63,618 nt of DNA, filler included, from Folioceros fuciformis (GCA_049999805.1; 13 parts of 13 records of this genome joined end to end with filler, not necessarily neighbours in it); one strand, 5' to 3'. Positions 24,721 to 37,186 are shown, numbered from the whole stretch's first letter. The notes: a model not told the origin generated them from the sequence alone. Translations and numbers: made by a program.

Positions 24721-25092
24721 ATGGCGAACGATGGCGCGTCCAGGACTTCTGCTCGTCAACAAGACACCACAGTCTTCAAAGAGGAGATCACAGAGAAACA
24801 ACAGCTGCCACACACCGCTACGTCGACTCCAGCACCACCTCGAAACACAGTCCAGGGGTTTGCATCAGCTGCAGAGGAGAGACTGCCCGCTCGAGTGGTA
24901 GAGTTCCTTGCACCATGTCCAGTTCAGCCAAAAGCTCCAGAGTGCATCTGTGAGGCCGAAGCTCTCTTGTGCCCTCGACACGGCAAAATTCCAAAATGGC
25001 TGCGACAGCCAGGCTTCAAAGGCAACTCAGCGCTGCTGGTTAACGAAATACGGCTGCCCTCAATATATTCCACTTCCGGCCGTAAAGCGTAG
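24721..25092 (+). CDS. 123-aa accessory ORF antisense to the adjacent PPT/LTR, with a CxC-x6-CxxH motif; C-terminus probably cut by a nested LTR
   Basis: AAGATGG start context, no internal stops, ECICEAEALLCPRHG motif. Confidence 0.45.
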   Translation: MANDGASRTSARQQDTTVFKEEITEKQQLPHTATSTPAPPRNTVQGFASAAEERLPARVVEFLAPCPVQPKAPECICEAEALLCPRHGKIPKWLRQPGFKGNSALLVNEIRLPSIYSTSGRKA

Positions 25093-26813
25093 TCCTTAGG
25101 GTTACTTATGCATAGAGAATATAAACAGGCACGAACCGTGCCCTAAATAACGATCACCCGTCAACCGTCGTACACGTTCACGGGACACGGCCATAAAGGC
25201 CCCTCACACACTCACCATAATTCTCAATTCTTTCCTACGCTATCGATCCTCTTTACTTTTTGGTATCAGAGCTTGGTTGACGGATTCCGCCATGTCGCCT
25301 CCTAGCCGGCGTGAGATCTGTAAATCATAGTCCTGCATTAGAACTCTGACACATGAAAATTTTCGTGCTGCAATTCATGCACTCAGACTCTCACTCACCC
25401 GGTTTGGCGTGATGGCGGAAACCTTCCTGGCGGAGGTTGTCAATCACTACTATGCTTAGCACTTGCGCACCTGGCGCTAAGAAGCATTGAGCCACCCTGT
25501 TGAACTTGCACCTCTAATTCGCTAGCCTGTCACCTTGGTTTCTGCCCTGCACAGCATGTTCAACCAAGAACACTCCTAGCTTGTCTTGCATCTAGTTCAT
25601 CATGTGTGTAAGACTCAATCTGCTGTAGGAAAGAAGCCTGTGTAGGAACACCAAGTCATCTATACGTCTTTCTTAGCGTTCTCATGTGCACTAGGAAATA
25701 TGTAATGATAACTTGGTGTCCCTGCACACAGGAGTCAGTCCACTGGCCTGCATTAGATAGGTAAATGACTAGACTGCTATCCTAAGCAATGCCTCGCAAT
25801 GGTCGCTCAAGGCGCACCTTCTATCCACACAGAGTCAGCATAGCGGAGGCCACACCGCGGAGTGCACGTCCACCACCCTGCACTTACCAAGCTGAGAGCT
25901 CTTGCAGCAATTGCGGAAGGAGTGCGCACCTGCATCCATCTGCGAGCGCGCCTGAGGTCGCACCTGACCTGCCACAGCCGGCATTGAGGACTCTTCACCA
26001 GCTGTTCGCTGAGGAGCGTCGTCACACACACGCAACATTGTGTGACTTTCGGCGAATGCGCGAAGTCCAGGATGAGCGCCTCCGTGACAAAGTTGACAAC
26101 ATCAACTGCAGAGCCAAACATCTGTCTCATGACCTGAATGCATTGTTCACGAAGGTAGCCCACCTGGAAGGAGTGATTAAGCAGCAGAGCGCTCAGCAAC
26201 TGGAAACTGAGCCAGAAAGAACAGCGTTCATCAATCTGCATCAAACTGTGCCAAATTTCCACTCAGAGCCGCCCTGCGTTCTACCTGGTGGGAGACCCAA
26301 GAACGACGTCATCTCTGAGGTGGCCGCATTCCTGACACAGATGACACTTGAAGAGAAATCAAGAAAGATGGTGGTTGAACATGTCGGAACCTTGGGATCC
26401 AAGCCCAGCCGGGAGGCCACCGCGCCGGATTCCTGCTAGACCCGGAACGTCGCGTCCAAGATCGAGCTCTGAAGCGTCACCTTCAAGCCCGAGATCTGGA
26501 ACGTCACCAGAAAGAGTCGGATCTGAAGAAGCACCTGAAACGCTGCCAACTGCTGGATTTGAAGTGGTATCCGAAGAGTCACCAATTTCTGGGTTTGAAC
26601 AGACACCTGTCCTTCCAGAAAATCCCTTCGACTACTCAGACGAGTACACCCTTCCAGATCCAGCATTAGCTTCTGTAAGCACTTTAGGCACGTTATCATC
26701 CGGTGTCATTTTCTCTCAGCCTCCCTCTTCTGGTAGCTCTGCCTCCACACCAAGGTCCTCACATAATTCACCAGCATCTAGTCACTCTTCTTCACTTCAT
26801 CTTGATCAGTTGT
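25081..26813 (+). mobile_element. 5' end of an LTR element: short LTR (~25081-25257), tRNA-iMet PBS (25261-25272) and successive non-gag ORFs
   Basis: Perfect TGGTATCAGAGC; inverted termini GTAAAG/CTTTAC; decayed ORF 25292-25579, intact ORF 25789-26439, and a Ser/Pro-rich ORF from ATG 26381 running off the scaffold. Confidence 0.75.
25789..26439 (+). CDS. Intact 216-aa accessory ORF (basic N-terminus, CSNCG, coiled-coil-like segment)
   Basis: From the ORF track; it lies downstream of the PBS, has a heptad-like segment LRDKVDNINCRAKHLSHDLNALFTKVAHLEGVI, and lacks gag motifs. Confidence 0.55.
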   Translation: MPRNGRSRRTFYPHRVSIAEATPRSARPPPCTYQAESSCSNCGRSAHLHPSASAPEVAPDLPQPALRTLHQLFAEERRHTHATLCDFRRMREVQDERLRDKVDNINCRAKHLSHDLNALFTKVAHLEGVIKQQSAQQLETEPERTAFINLHQTVPNFHSEPPCVLPGGRPKNDVISEVAAFLTQMTLEEKSRKMVVEHVGTLGSKPSREATAPDSC

Positions 26814-26913
26814 NNNNNNNNNNNNNNNNNNNNNNNNNNNNNNNNNNNNNNNNNNNNTTAATTAATTAANNNNNNNNNNNNNNNNNNNNNNNNNNNNNNN
26901 NNNNNNNNNNNNN

Positions 26914-27440
26914 ACAATCAAATTGTTATATGACTCCGGCAAGCTTGCAAGAAGAGTCATCACAAGGTCATCATCCGTCATAGGAGCTCCAATGACTGCC
27001 AATTGTTGGGAAAGACTCCTCACCTTGTCTACATGCTCAATCACACTATCACTCTCACCCATTTGAATGGAAAAGAATCTACGCCTTAAGAACAAGCGAT
27101 TCACAAGGCTCTTGTTCTCATACAAAGCCTCTAATTTCAACCAAGCCTCTCTTGCTGATTTGCAAGTGGTCACATGCATCAATTGTGCATCTTCTAAGTT
27201 GAAACAAATATTTGCAAAGGCCTTGCCTGCAAGCTCATCCCACTTGGGCTGTCTCTCCACTTCATTTGGACGCTCCTCGGTCCCCGACACAATTCCCCAA
27301 AGGCCTTTTTCAGCCAACAACATTTGCATCTTGAACTTCCACAAGTTGAAGTTGTCATCTCCAAACTTTGAGATAACTTGTAGAGTGACGGTCCCTTGGG
27401 TGTGTGGGCCCATAACCTGTTGAGATGTCACCCCCGCCAT
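26914..27440 (-). mobile_element. Ty1/copia gag
   Basis: KFGDDNFNLWKFKMQMLLAEKGLWGIVSG, SAREAWLKL and LLASLPESY. Confidence 0.93.
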
Positions 27441-29316
27441 GCTCAAAAGAGGTTAAAACAAGTTAGTTGAAGCAAGATGCATAATCCCAAAAATAAGAGC
27501 ACTATAACAAGGCTCTTAAACNNNNNNNNNNTAGATGCATAATCCCAAAAATAAGAGCACTATAACAAGGCTCTTAAAGTCAAATAAAAGGAGAATTACA
27601 AGAAACAACACAATACAAGTAAAGAGGGAGTTAGACTACAAATACTAGGTGGGTTCATCCCTTCTTTTATGGACCTATGGGTGGCACTTTCATTTCGTGC
27701 CCAGTATGGGATAAATGACCCCAAACCCTACAATACCTTTTTGCCTAACATAACAAAGTCTAATAAGCTATATATATATTAATCATAACCTTAATCACTC
27801 TTACCACTAATTAGTACAAACTCAATAAGCTGGATTAGCACTAATTAATCTCAACATTAATCATGCTTAACAATTAGGATGTGCAGCTAGTAATCTCTAC
27901 CCCTTCCTGTCCCAACCACTACATGCACATTTAGAGTGAGCACATGCTCAGCATGCAGGTAGAAGCTAGGGACATGAGCACCTTCATCCCTACTCCGCAG
28001 CACAATTCGCTCTTTTGCTAAAGAGGTCCTTACCCTCTCCTCTTGTTGACAATCTTGGGATGGCTGCTTCCTGAATTCCAAGGGAGTTGCACCCCCCTCT
28101 GCCGCGCTCTAGCTGGTGGCCGATTCCACTACTTTGGCTCCTTCTTCCGCAACGGTGGCCGACTCCACTACTGCGATGGTTGGTTCCATGACAGTGGCCG
28201 TTTCAGCCACCTTGGTAGTGACCCCCTACCCCTCTTCGATCGACCTGTTTCTCTCTTGACCTTATAAGGCCTCATCCCTTCTTGATAGTGATACCCCCGT
28301 CCTCCAGCACAATTGTGGACATGCAGAACCCTGAGGACCCTTGCTGAGTGAGTGGCCACACCCATTGTCATTGAAGGATTCCCTAGACCGCCCCCATGAG
28401 CGAGATTTGCTGCTTCTTGTGGCAAAAACTAACAGCACCACTAGTGAGATATCTGGAGTGAAGGGCAAGAGTGACAATTCCCTCAAGATGAAAGACTGAA
28501 GCCTTCAAAAACCAGCACAAAAGGAGCTTCACAGCCAATTCCAAAAACGCAACCCTAGGCTCCTTCAAAACACCAAATATCCACTCTAAGATGAGCAATC
28601 CTCAGCCCATCTTAGGCTAGAAGTATTAATCTCTTCAACAAAAGAGCGCTTCACTCCCTTGGATACCACTGTAGGAGGTTGAGGTGAGGCTGGATCACTC
28701 TGCAGAGGAAGATTCTCTGCTCCTTGGATCTCCAAGACAATCGACAGCACTAGCTGGCTGTCTTTCATTAGGTCTTGATCTTCTCCTCCCAAACACGTAG
28801 GGTCACTATTGGCACATGCAAGCTTACTCTCTGTCTACACAATTCTGTCCTCCTTTGCCTCTTGCACCTCTTCTCGCTTTCTTCCCTCCTCCGCAATAGG
28901 TTCTCCTTCCTTAAGTTGTTCGCCTCCACCATTCGTAAGTTTACTCTATTCTGTTTATGTAGGTGGTTCGGCAACAAGTCCCTCTTGCGACGATAGGTTC
29001 ACTAGATCAGTTAGCGTTTTGCCAGCTTATGTCGCCCACTCTTCTTCCTCCTGCTCAGGTACCTCCTCCCACTCAGAATCTTCTCCATCCATGTCACTGT
29101 CTTCTTTCCATTCTGACATGGGAGGGATGGACTTCTTCAACTCAGTTCAGTCATCATCATGAGGTTCAGTCATCATCATGAGGCTCAATAGTCTTCCTCT
29201 TGGCAATCTTCAGTGCACCCTTTCTTACTCCAAAGTTAACTCCAATTCCTCCAAATCCAGAGAGTCACCTTGTGCACCCTGCTAGTAGGCGTCTCTCTCA
29301 AGGGTCAGTCTGCCTT

Positions 29317-29780
29317 TTACACCCATTTACACCCAATGGCATTCCTTCCTGCGGGCAATGTTGTCAACATCCACGTATCATTACCTTCAACGGACCTCAT
29401 CTCCTCATCCATGGCTTCTTTCCAATGGGAGCAATCCTTCCCTTGTAGAGCTTCAGCCACAGTCAATGGTTCCCTTCCGTGTGTCATAGCAATGGAAGCA
29501 AACTCTGGTCCTTCTCTCCAATCCTTAGGTGGCCGTCGCTCCCTTGTCGGATACCTCTTTGGTGGAGGCGTTTCTTGCCTTTGTGCTTGCTCCTCTACTT
29601 CTCCTTCATCAGAAATCCCCTTGTTCTCTTCAATAGAAGCATCATCCCTTGTTGTTTCTTCTAGGGCCACTGTAAAGTCATCATCATCATTCACAATAGA
29701 CACATTTGGAATCTTAGTGATAGCAACTCCATTTTCCTCAAAAATCACATCCCTACTAATTATGACACGCTTCGCTCCCT
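29317..29780 (-). mobile_element. Ty1/copia integrase-RT linker and start of RT
   Basis: SRDVIFEE, RYPTRERRPP, EPLTVAEAL and WKEAMDEEM..NDTW..LPAGRNAIGCKWV. Confidence 0.9.
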
Positions 29781-29880
29781 NNNNNNNNNNNNNNNNNNNN
29801 NNNNNNNNNNNNNNNNNNNNNNNNTTAATTAATTAANNNNNNNNNNNNNNNNNNNNNNNNNNNNNNNNNNNNNNNNNNNN

Positions 29881-30325
29881 CATTAGTTCACTCCCTTGGG
29901 AGCGAATCATAAGACTGCAACGATAATAAGGGGAAGTGTGGCCCCTTGGTGGTTCTTGGGAGCAAGTTTCACTCCACAGTCTCCGAACTTATTGGAGCAT
30001 TGCTACAGGAGGAGGCAAGCAGACGTCACCATCACTCCAGAGCCAACAAGCAGGAGGTGATGTATTCACAAAGGGGTAGAGGAAGAGGATAAGGCAGAGG
30101 CCGAGGTTCTGCTTTCCAACGACCCCCATATCCTGCACATACTTTCCAAGATGGAGAGGCATCTTCTTCAACACCTATAAGAGGTAACAAGAAGACTGGG
30201 ATTATATGTGACTGGTGCAAAATCCCAAATCACATGGAAAAGGATTGTCGTAAGAAGAAGAATGGGGAACCTCGGAAGGAGGCCCCACCTGGAGCTAAAG
30301 TTGGAAGACTACATGCGGAAGCGTG
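29881..30325 (+). mobile_element. Retrotransposon gag C-terminus with CCHC knuckle, interrupted by a nested LTR
   Basis: SLPWE near 29890 and ICDWCKIPNHMEKDCRKKK at about 30200-30260. Confidence 0.75.
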
Positions 30326-31140
30326 TGTTCAATACAAAAGATAAATTAAGAATAATACAAAATACAAATAGTGTCCTTTTATAGGTATCACCCTAAAGGG
30401 TGTGACTTTTCACTAGCCTAGCAAATTAACATAACTCTTGGTTGGCTAAACTAGCATGACTTATGGTTACTTAACTCTAGTGGACTGGTACCCCTTCTAA
30501 CTCTCCCTCTCAGTCACGCAGAGGTTATGAGAGCTCTATTAGAGGTCAGTGCTTTGAAAGTTTGTAGCAAAGAGCTATCTACTTCAGCTCGGCTGTTAAA
30601 TCTTCTAGTCGCTGACACTGTCAAGAAGTCTGTCGCTGGCGACAACCTCCACAGTAGCGCACTGGTCATGACCAGAACAGAAGTAATACTCCATTTACAG
30701 CTACCCTTGCACTAGATGGAGCAAGAAGGAATATCATTACCACGTCTTCAAGTTTTCTTGAGTAACATAACCACTACAATCTACAAGGCCAAGTCCTTCC
30801 CTATGAAAACAGTGTCTAAANNNNNNNNNNNNNNNNNNNNNNNNNNNNNNNNNNNNNNNNNNNNNNNNNNNNNNNNNNNNNNNNNNNNNNNNNNNNNNNN
30901 NNNNNNNNNNNNNNNNNNNNCTACAATCTACAAGGCCAAGTCCTTCCCTATGAAAACAGTGTCTAAATTTAGGAAGTGACTTGGTCAGAACATTAGCTAC
31001 ATTGAGATCTGTAGGTACATACTGAATCTTTACTAAGCCCCTCTCAGCAGCATCCCTAACGCAATGATGTTGGATCTCGATGTGCTTAGTGCAGGCATGA
31101 AAAACAGGATTAGCCACCATAGCAATGGCTGACATGTTAT
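30326..31140 (-). mobile_element. Copia RNase H end, PPT and short 3' LTR (~30326-30502)
   Basis: NPVFHACTKHIEIQHH..ANVLTKSL; purine tract GAGAGGGAG at about 30503-30511. Confidence 0.8.
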
Positions 31141-31753
31141 NNNNNNNNNNNNNNNNNNNNNNNNNNNNNNNNNNNNNNNNNNNNTTAATTAATTAANNNN
31201 NNNNNNNNNNNNNNNNNNNNNNNNNNNNNNNNNNNNNNNNTGTAGGGAATAGGAATTCTTTCAGCGCGCATTGGAAGACTTGATGATGGGAGCTGCATAC
31301 CAGCCAGCACGCTCTCACCCACTACCACACTCTGCTCACAATCTCAAGCTAAGCTTCCCTCAGCCACTCACGCGTCCCTACGGTTCGGTCTAACTCACAC
31401 ATACCTACCACTTCTTCACTTCACAGCATCCCATCAGCACATAGTCACGTCTTGCTTCCGCGACCCCATTTCCACGGAGCACGCACTCACTGTCCCGGTT
31501 TTACGATCCCCAGCTCGGCTTCATCATACCACAAGCTCACACACAGTCGCTACAATCATTCAGGAACACAACTTTTCCCTTCTACCATCGTCACACTCAT
31601 AACTCTCACAATAGCAGTCACCAGCACCGCCTTCTTACTTTATCAACGCGAGTTCCTCAGCGCTCTCACTCACACACTCCCTTTTTCTCAGTCCACTCGC
31701 AACTCTCGGCGTTCCTCTCCAACTCCCCCGTCCAGGGCCTCCCCTTCTCTCTG

Positions 31754-33302
31754 AAATTGAAGGAATTGTAGGTCATCGGAGGCTAAGGGAAGGGGTATCC
31801 ACTTCCACTCTGAACTCGTGGATTCGGCCTCTAGTCCCCTCACCACTCCACGCAACCGTCACGGGAATAGCTGGGGAGCTCGTCTCCCACTCGNNNNNNN
31901 NNNNNNNNNNNNNNNNNNNNNNNNNNNNNNNNNNNNNNNNNNNNNNNNNNNNNNNNNNNNNNNNNNNNNNNNNNNNNNNNNNNNNNNNNNNNNTGTCAGG
32001 GGTCAGTCAGCGCTCTTAAATTTTGAGCGGCTTAGGTCCAAGCAAAACAATCTAAAAAAAACTAGTCTAGACTTTTATTACTATCGCCTCTCTCTTGGCC
32101 GCTAGCGCTTCCCTCCTGGTCCTTGCACCCTTTCCCCTATTGGTCCGCCTCTCGCCCTCCTACCCCGCCGTTGGTCAGGTAGATCCTCCCACAGGACCTC
32201 TACTTCACTGCTGCTGCTCCTGGCCCTTGCTAGCGGCGGCGCAGGTGGGTCCCGTCGTAGGGAATCCCTCTCCTCCGTCCATCGCCGATTGCTGAGGATA
32301 GGGACAGGCTCCTGCTCAACCCATTGCCGCGCCTCCTCCTCCATCAATTCCAGGACTGCCTCGGAATAGCAATGAGGCAGCCCCCATACTCGCTAGCGGT
32401 AGTATTAGATGCCCTTGCGGGTCCTCAGTTGCAGACCGTAGCCCCGCGTCCCTGCTAGCGGTAGTAGTAGATACCCCTGCGGATCTTCAGTTGCAGGCCG
32501 TAGCCCCGCGTCCCTCCTGTGCCCATACATACATACAAAAACAGCTTCAGAACTCGGGCCCCTTCCACATAGAGGCTCGGCACATAAGAGGCCTCCTCCT
32601 CATACTGTAGCATAATCTGACCCTCTATCGGAGGTGCTTACCCCTTCCTCCCTTGGGCTACTTCAGGCAGCCTGTCCCCTGTTCTCCTGGGGTACCTAAG
32701 AGTCCTCCATCCCTCCAGATACTGCTGCTTCCGACTTGGTCCACCTGGTGCAAGTCACCCTCCTGGAATGCCAGGGTACAGGTACCTCCGTCATCACTTC
32801 TTATGCTACCGAGGTTGTGGCCTCGGCTACCGGTGTCGTTCCTCCTTTACCGGTAGCCCCTTCAGCTACCTCGGGTGTCGCAAGACTACCGGTAGCCGCT
32901 TCAGCTACCGGAACTATTGCTCGTTGTGGGGGAAAATATTGCACCCGGGGGTACAGTGAGGTCCACACAAACCCTCTTTGTCGTTCTAGCACTGGGATTC
33001 AATCCTAAGGCAATGATTTGTGTCCAACTACACAGGTCTCCTCTCAAAATCAGTAACTACCTTAAGGGTACCTAACTCCTCGGGACCCTCACTTTTCACG
33101 CCCCAACTACCCAAGTCACACTCGGATGCTCCTACTCTTCCTGGCTCCTTGACGACCCCAGCTCCGGCCACTTCTTCAATCGCCTCGACCACTTCGTCGT
33201 CCTTACAACTACTTCTGCTCAGGACTACCTCCGTTTCCCTCCGGACAACCCCCGTTCCCCTCCGGATAGCGGTCGCCCATTCGGCTACTCCAGTGGGTCC
33301 CA

Positions 33303-33335
<33 letters not shown>

Positions 33336-35020
33336 ACCTAGATTCACCCTCTAATACTTACTTACCAATTCTTTGCCTTCTGAAACCACCAGCATCTTTC
33401 CCCTCGTCGCGCTCGCCTGCGAACTCACAGACCTCCGTCTTTACTCGCCAGTTCTCCCGTGCCTCGACTGAAACGCACCAGCGTCTGTCGTGGCCACATC
33501 GGCACTTAGAAAGTCGCGAATGGACCTCGGGCGGTACAGACCCCAGTCTATCCACGCAACCCCAGCCCGATCCTAGAACGTTTTACGCTCAATCGCCTTT
33601 CAGCTACACACGTACCTGGGTTCTGTCGGCGTTCAATCACTCCGACTCAGCGACTCCACTTCCATGAATCCTCTTTTCCTCTCAGTCTGGGCACTCGTCC
33701 ACGGTTCGCAGCACCCCATCCGCTGAGCCTCCAAAGGTTCCCTTTTCGATTATGGCCTCTAGTCCACTCCTCTCACATGGGCTTTGGCGGCTTCCACCAT
33801 GCAGCCATCTCATATTTCTGCCACCACTCTTCACCTCTCACATACATACCCCCAGTCGCACAGTCCTGTCCTGACGACCATTTAATGTCATGCACTCACT
33901 CTCGCTGTCCTTCTCAATCTCGCTTCTTCACCTGTTCACATTTTCTACACTCCACACTCGGACCTACCCCTCTGGGGCCTTCTCCTACGAAATTAAGGAG
34001 TGCTAAGACACCAGGGCTAAGGGAAGGGATACCCACTTCCACTCCGAACTCGCGGATTCGGCTTCGACATCTTCACCACCCCACGTGATTGACCCGAGGA
34101 TAGCTTGGGAGCTCGTCTCCCACTCGACGAGGTTCCACCTCCTGATTCCTCCCCTGGCTCAGTCACGGAGCGTCCACCACATGCACCCACACCCCCAGAT
34201 CACCACATGCGCTCACTTGCCTGGACTTCCTATCCAGCAACGGCCATTGCTAGTTTCCTGCAAAGTTGAGTGGTTGGGCTGATTTTTGCTAATTTCCCAG
34301 GCCTCAAACTGGCCTCTTACACACGGTGGTGGCGGTCTTTCCGCTATAAAGTTTGTCAGGGGTCAGTCGGTGCTCTTAAATTCCAAGCGGCTCAGGTCCA
34401 AGTAAAAGCATTCCAAAAAGAGCACTATCCTAGCCTGCAATTACTATCGCCTCTCTCCACGCCGCTAGCGCCTTCCCCCTAATCTGCACGCGCCTCCTTT
34501 CACTGGTCCCCCTCTGGCTCTCCTACCCCTCCGCTGATCGGGCAGATCTTCCCACAGGATCTCTACGTCACTACTCCTACTGGACCTTTCCGGTGGCAGC
34601 GCAGGTGGGCCCCACCGCTGAGAACCATTGTTCCCCCTCCTCCTCTAGTTACTGAGAATGGCAACAGGTTCCCGTTCTACCCATCATTGGGCCTCTTCTT
34701 CCGCCAACTCCTCCAGGACTGCCTCCGCGTAGCAATGGGGCAGGCATGTCATCCACCAACTATAGCGGTACAGTCCCTTGCAGGTCCTCAGATGCAGGCC
34801 GTAGCCCCGTGTCCCTCCTGTGCCCATACGTACATACAGAAATAGTTTAAGAACTCTGGCCCCCTTCCGCATAAAGACCTGGCACATACGAAGCCTCCTC
34901 CTCATACTACAGCACAACCTGACCTTTTGTCATAAAGGAGGTGCTTACCCCTTCCTCCCTTGGGCTACCTCGGGTTGTCTGCTCCCCATCTTTCTGGGGT
35001 ACGTGAAGGTCCTTCACCTG
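31754..35020. repeat. Two diverged copies (~31754-32720 and ~33990-35020) of a ~1-kb unit with a decayed minus-strand ORF
   Basis: Shared blocks GGCTAAGGGAAGGG..CCACTTCCACTC, GGGAGCTCGTCTCCCACTCG, TGTCAGGGGTCAGTC and GAGGTGCTTACCCCTTCCTCCCTTGGGCTAC; both translate to LPHCY.EAVLE and LWEDLPDQRRGRRARGGP. Confidence 0.85.
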
Positions 35021-35723
35021 GCCCACTATTGCTTCCTCCGGCTCTATCCTTCTGGTGCGCATCAATCTCCTGGAGCACCAAAGCTCAGGCGCCTTCGCTG
35101 TTTCTTCCTTGGTTCCCAGGGCTGGTCCCTCGGCTACTCTGGGCTCAGCCGGGCTACCGGTAGCCCTGGCGACTACTCGACTACCGGTAGTCCGCTCGAC
35201 TACCAGTAGCCCCTTCAGCTACCGGGGTTGCCGTTTGACTTGGGCGCCCAACCTTACCCTTCCCCTTCACTCTCTCTCGGGCTTCGTCTCGCTCCCACTT
35301 GTACCTTAAACCCTAAACCCTTCCTTTCCTCCGGCCTCGGCTTCCCGTTCTGCCTGCACACTCAGCCAGGTCAGTGCCCTAGCAGCCTGGTCCAGGAGAT
35401 CTGCTTGGGCCTGCACCAGTGCGGCAGTTAGCCCTGGCAGATCCACCTCCTGCGTTTCTCCAACAGTCATTACTCTCGCCGTAATCTACTGGCCCAGAAA
35501 CTCCCTCAGCTTCTCTAGGTCTCCCACCTGCAGCCTGTCCTTCTGAGGAATGCTCCTGAAGATTTCCTCCCATCCGGAAAAGCTCCTTGCGTCGAAATGT
35601 GCCCTAATTCGCTCTCATGCCTAGGAGGAATTAACTCGGCGGCTAACGTCTGCTCCTAAGCCTCCTATAGCCCTGCTTCATCCGGCCCCTGCTCCTCCAG
35701 TCCTTGATCCATGACTCCCTGGT

Positions 35724-36367
35724 TGTTAGCGGGTTAAGCTGTTATTCGCTTAGCCTAGTTATTATTTTCGTACCTTTTCATTTAGGGTTTATTTGATATT
35801 TAATGAACACACGTGAGACCTTTTTTGTATTCCATTCATTTTATTCATTCTTTTGAGTATACAAGTGATATATATGTCTAAGCCTTCAGGCTCTAGTCAA
35901 ACAGTCCAATGCTTATACATCTATAATTTGCATGGTATCAGAGCTTGTGCTCTGTATTTCAGCATTATCCATGCAAAATGCCTAGGCAGGGAGTGTCTGC
36001 TAGGAATGCACGTCATATAGGTGCTAACAAGAGGGATTGTCGTGAAAGACAAGTCCCTAGGCAGTATGTACCTATAGAAACCGTGCTAGACCTATATGAG
36101 CAGAACTACCCTGAGTTTTGTTTAAGACAATTTGCAGAGAATAATTCTTCTGGAAGATTGAGAGCTCGTTCTGAGAATAGAAACCAACTTGTTGATAGCT
36201 TATATAAAGTACGCTGTCAACAAAGAAGACAGAACCCCGATTTGCGTTACGAACCACGTGTACGGCCCCTTGTCGAATCTCTCTTCCAACCTAGAATTAC
36301 AGCGACACAAAGTGATTAGCGTTTCAGCAACAACACAAATTCACGTATAATCCAAGGCACTGCTGAC
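35724..36367 (+). mobile_element. Short 5' LTR (35724-35932), tRNA-iMet PBS (35933-35944) and a non-gag ORF from ATG 35978
   Basis: TGTTAG...TTTGCA is followed immediately by TGGTATCAGAGC; the ORF MPRQGVSARNAR.. has no gag motifs in the visible part. Confidence 0.8.
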
Positions 36368-36467
36368 NNNNNNNNNNNNNNNNNNNNNNNNNNNNNNNNN
36401 NNNNNNNNNNNTTAATTAATTAANNNNNNNNNNNNNNNNNNNNNNNNNNNNNNNNNNNNNNNNNNNN

Positions 36468-37186
36468 ACAAAAGGAGGTCCACATCAAGTTATGTCTTCA
36501 TGTGCACTGGAGGGGCAGTCTCATAGCAATCTCGTTTGCAATCGTGCATAACACTATCTACCACAAAGGCCGAGTATGTTGCAGCGTCTGAGGCGTGCAA
36601 GGAAGCCACGTGGCTTGCTCGTTTAGTGGGAGATTTGGGGATCAAGGTTGAGCTGCCAGTGTTGCATTATGATAGCCATAGTGCTATCCAATTGGCGAAG
36701 AATCCAGTGTTTCATGCGACGACCAAACATGTGGAAGTGAAGTATCACTTCATTCGAGAGGTGTTGGAAGACAAGAGGGTACAACTTGTCAAAGTTCACA
36801 CCAATCAGAACCCTGCAGATGTTCTTACCAAGGGGCTCTCTTTGTAGCAATTCGCACAAGCTCGGACACTCATGGGCATGAGGTAGACCACTCTCCTATG
36901 AAGGTAAATTGGCCTTTAACAGGGAGGTTGTAGGGTTATTAAAGCCCAATGTGCTTAGACTAATGCGTTTAGTCTAAAATTTAGTGTCTAGTTAAGTATT
37001 ATTAGTTTAGATTAGCTTAAGCTAATCTATAGGAAGCTTCTTGCACAGCTTCCTAGAGAGCTTTTTCATGAGTTCCTTTGCTTGCTATTGAAAGACTCTA
37101 TTGTGAGAGTGTGACCTCTCTTTCTCCTCTCCTCCTTGTCTCTTCCTCTCCTCTCCTTCACCATGCTCCTCTAGCGATCCTTCACA
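36468..37186 (+). mobile_element. Copia RNase H, PPT and 3' LTR (36929-~37186)
   Basis: LSTTKAEYVAA, SAIQLAKNPVFH..NPADVLTKGL; AGGGAGG precedes TGTAGGG at 36929. Confidence 0.9.

Noticed and set aside
27887-29300. Acidic/charged broken ORFs on the minus strand between copia fragments
   Set aside because: They have multiple stops, no recognisable motif and no second copy in the window.
30527-30715. 62-aa antisense ORF between pol and the PPT
   Set aside because: It is too short to distinguish from chance, although it is in the same position as the other antisense ORFs.
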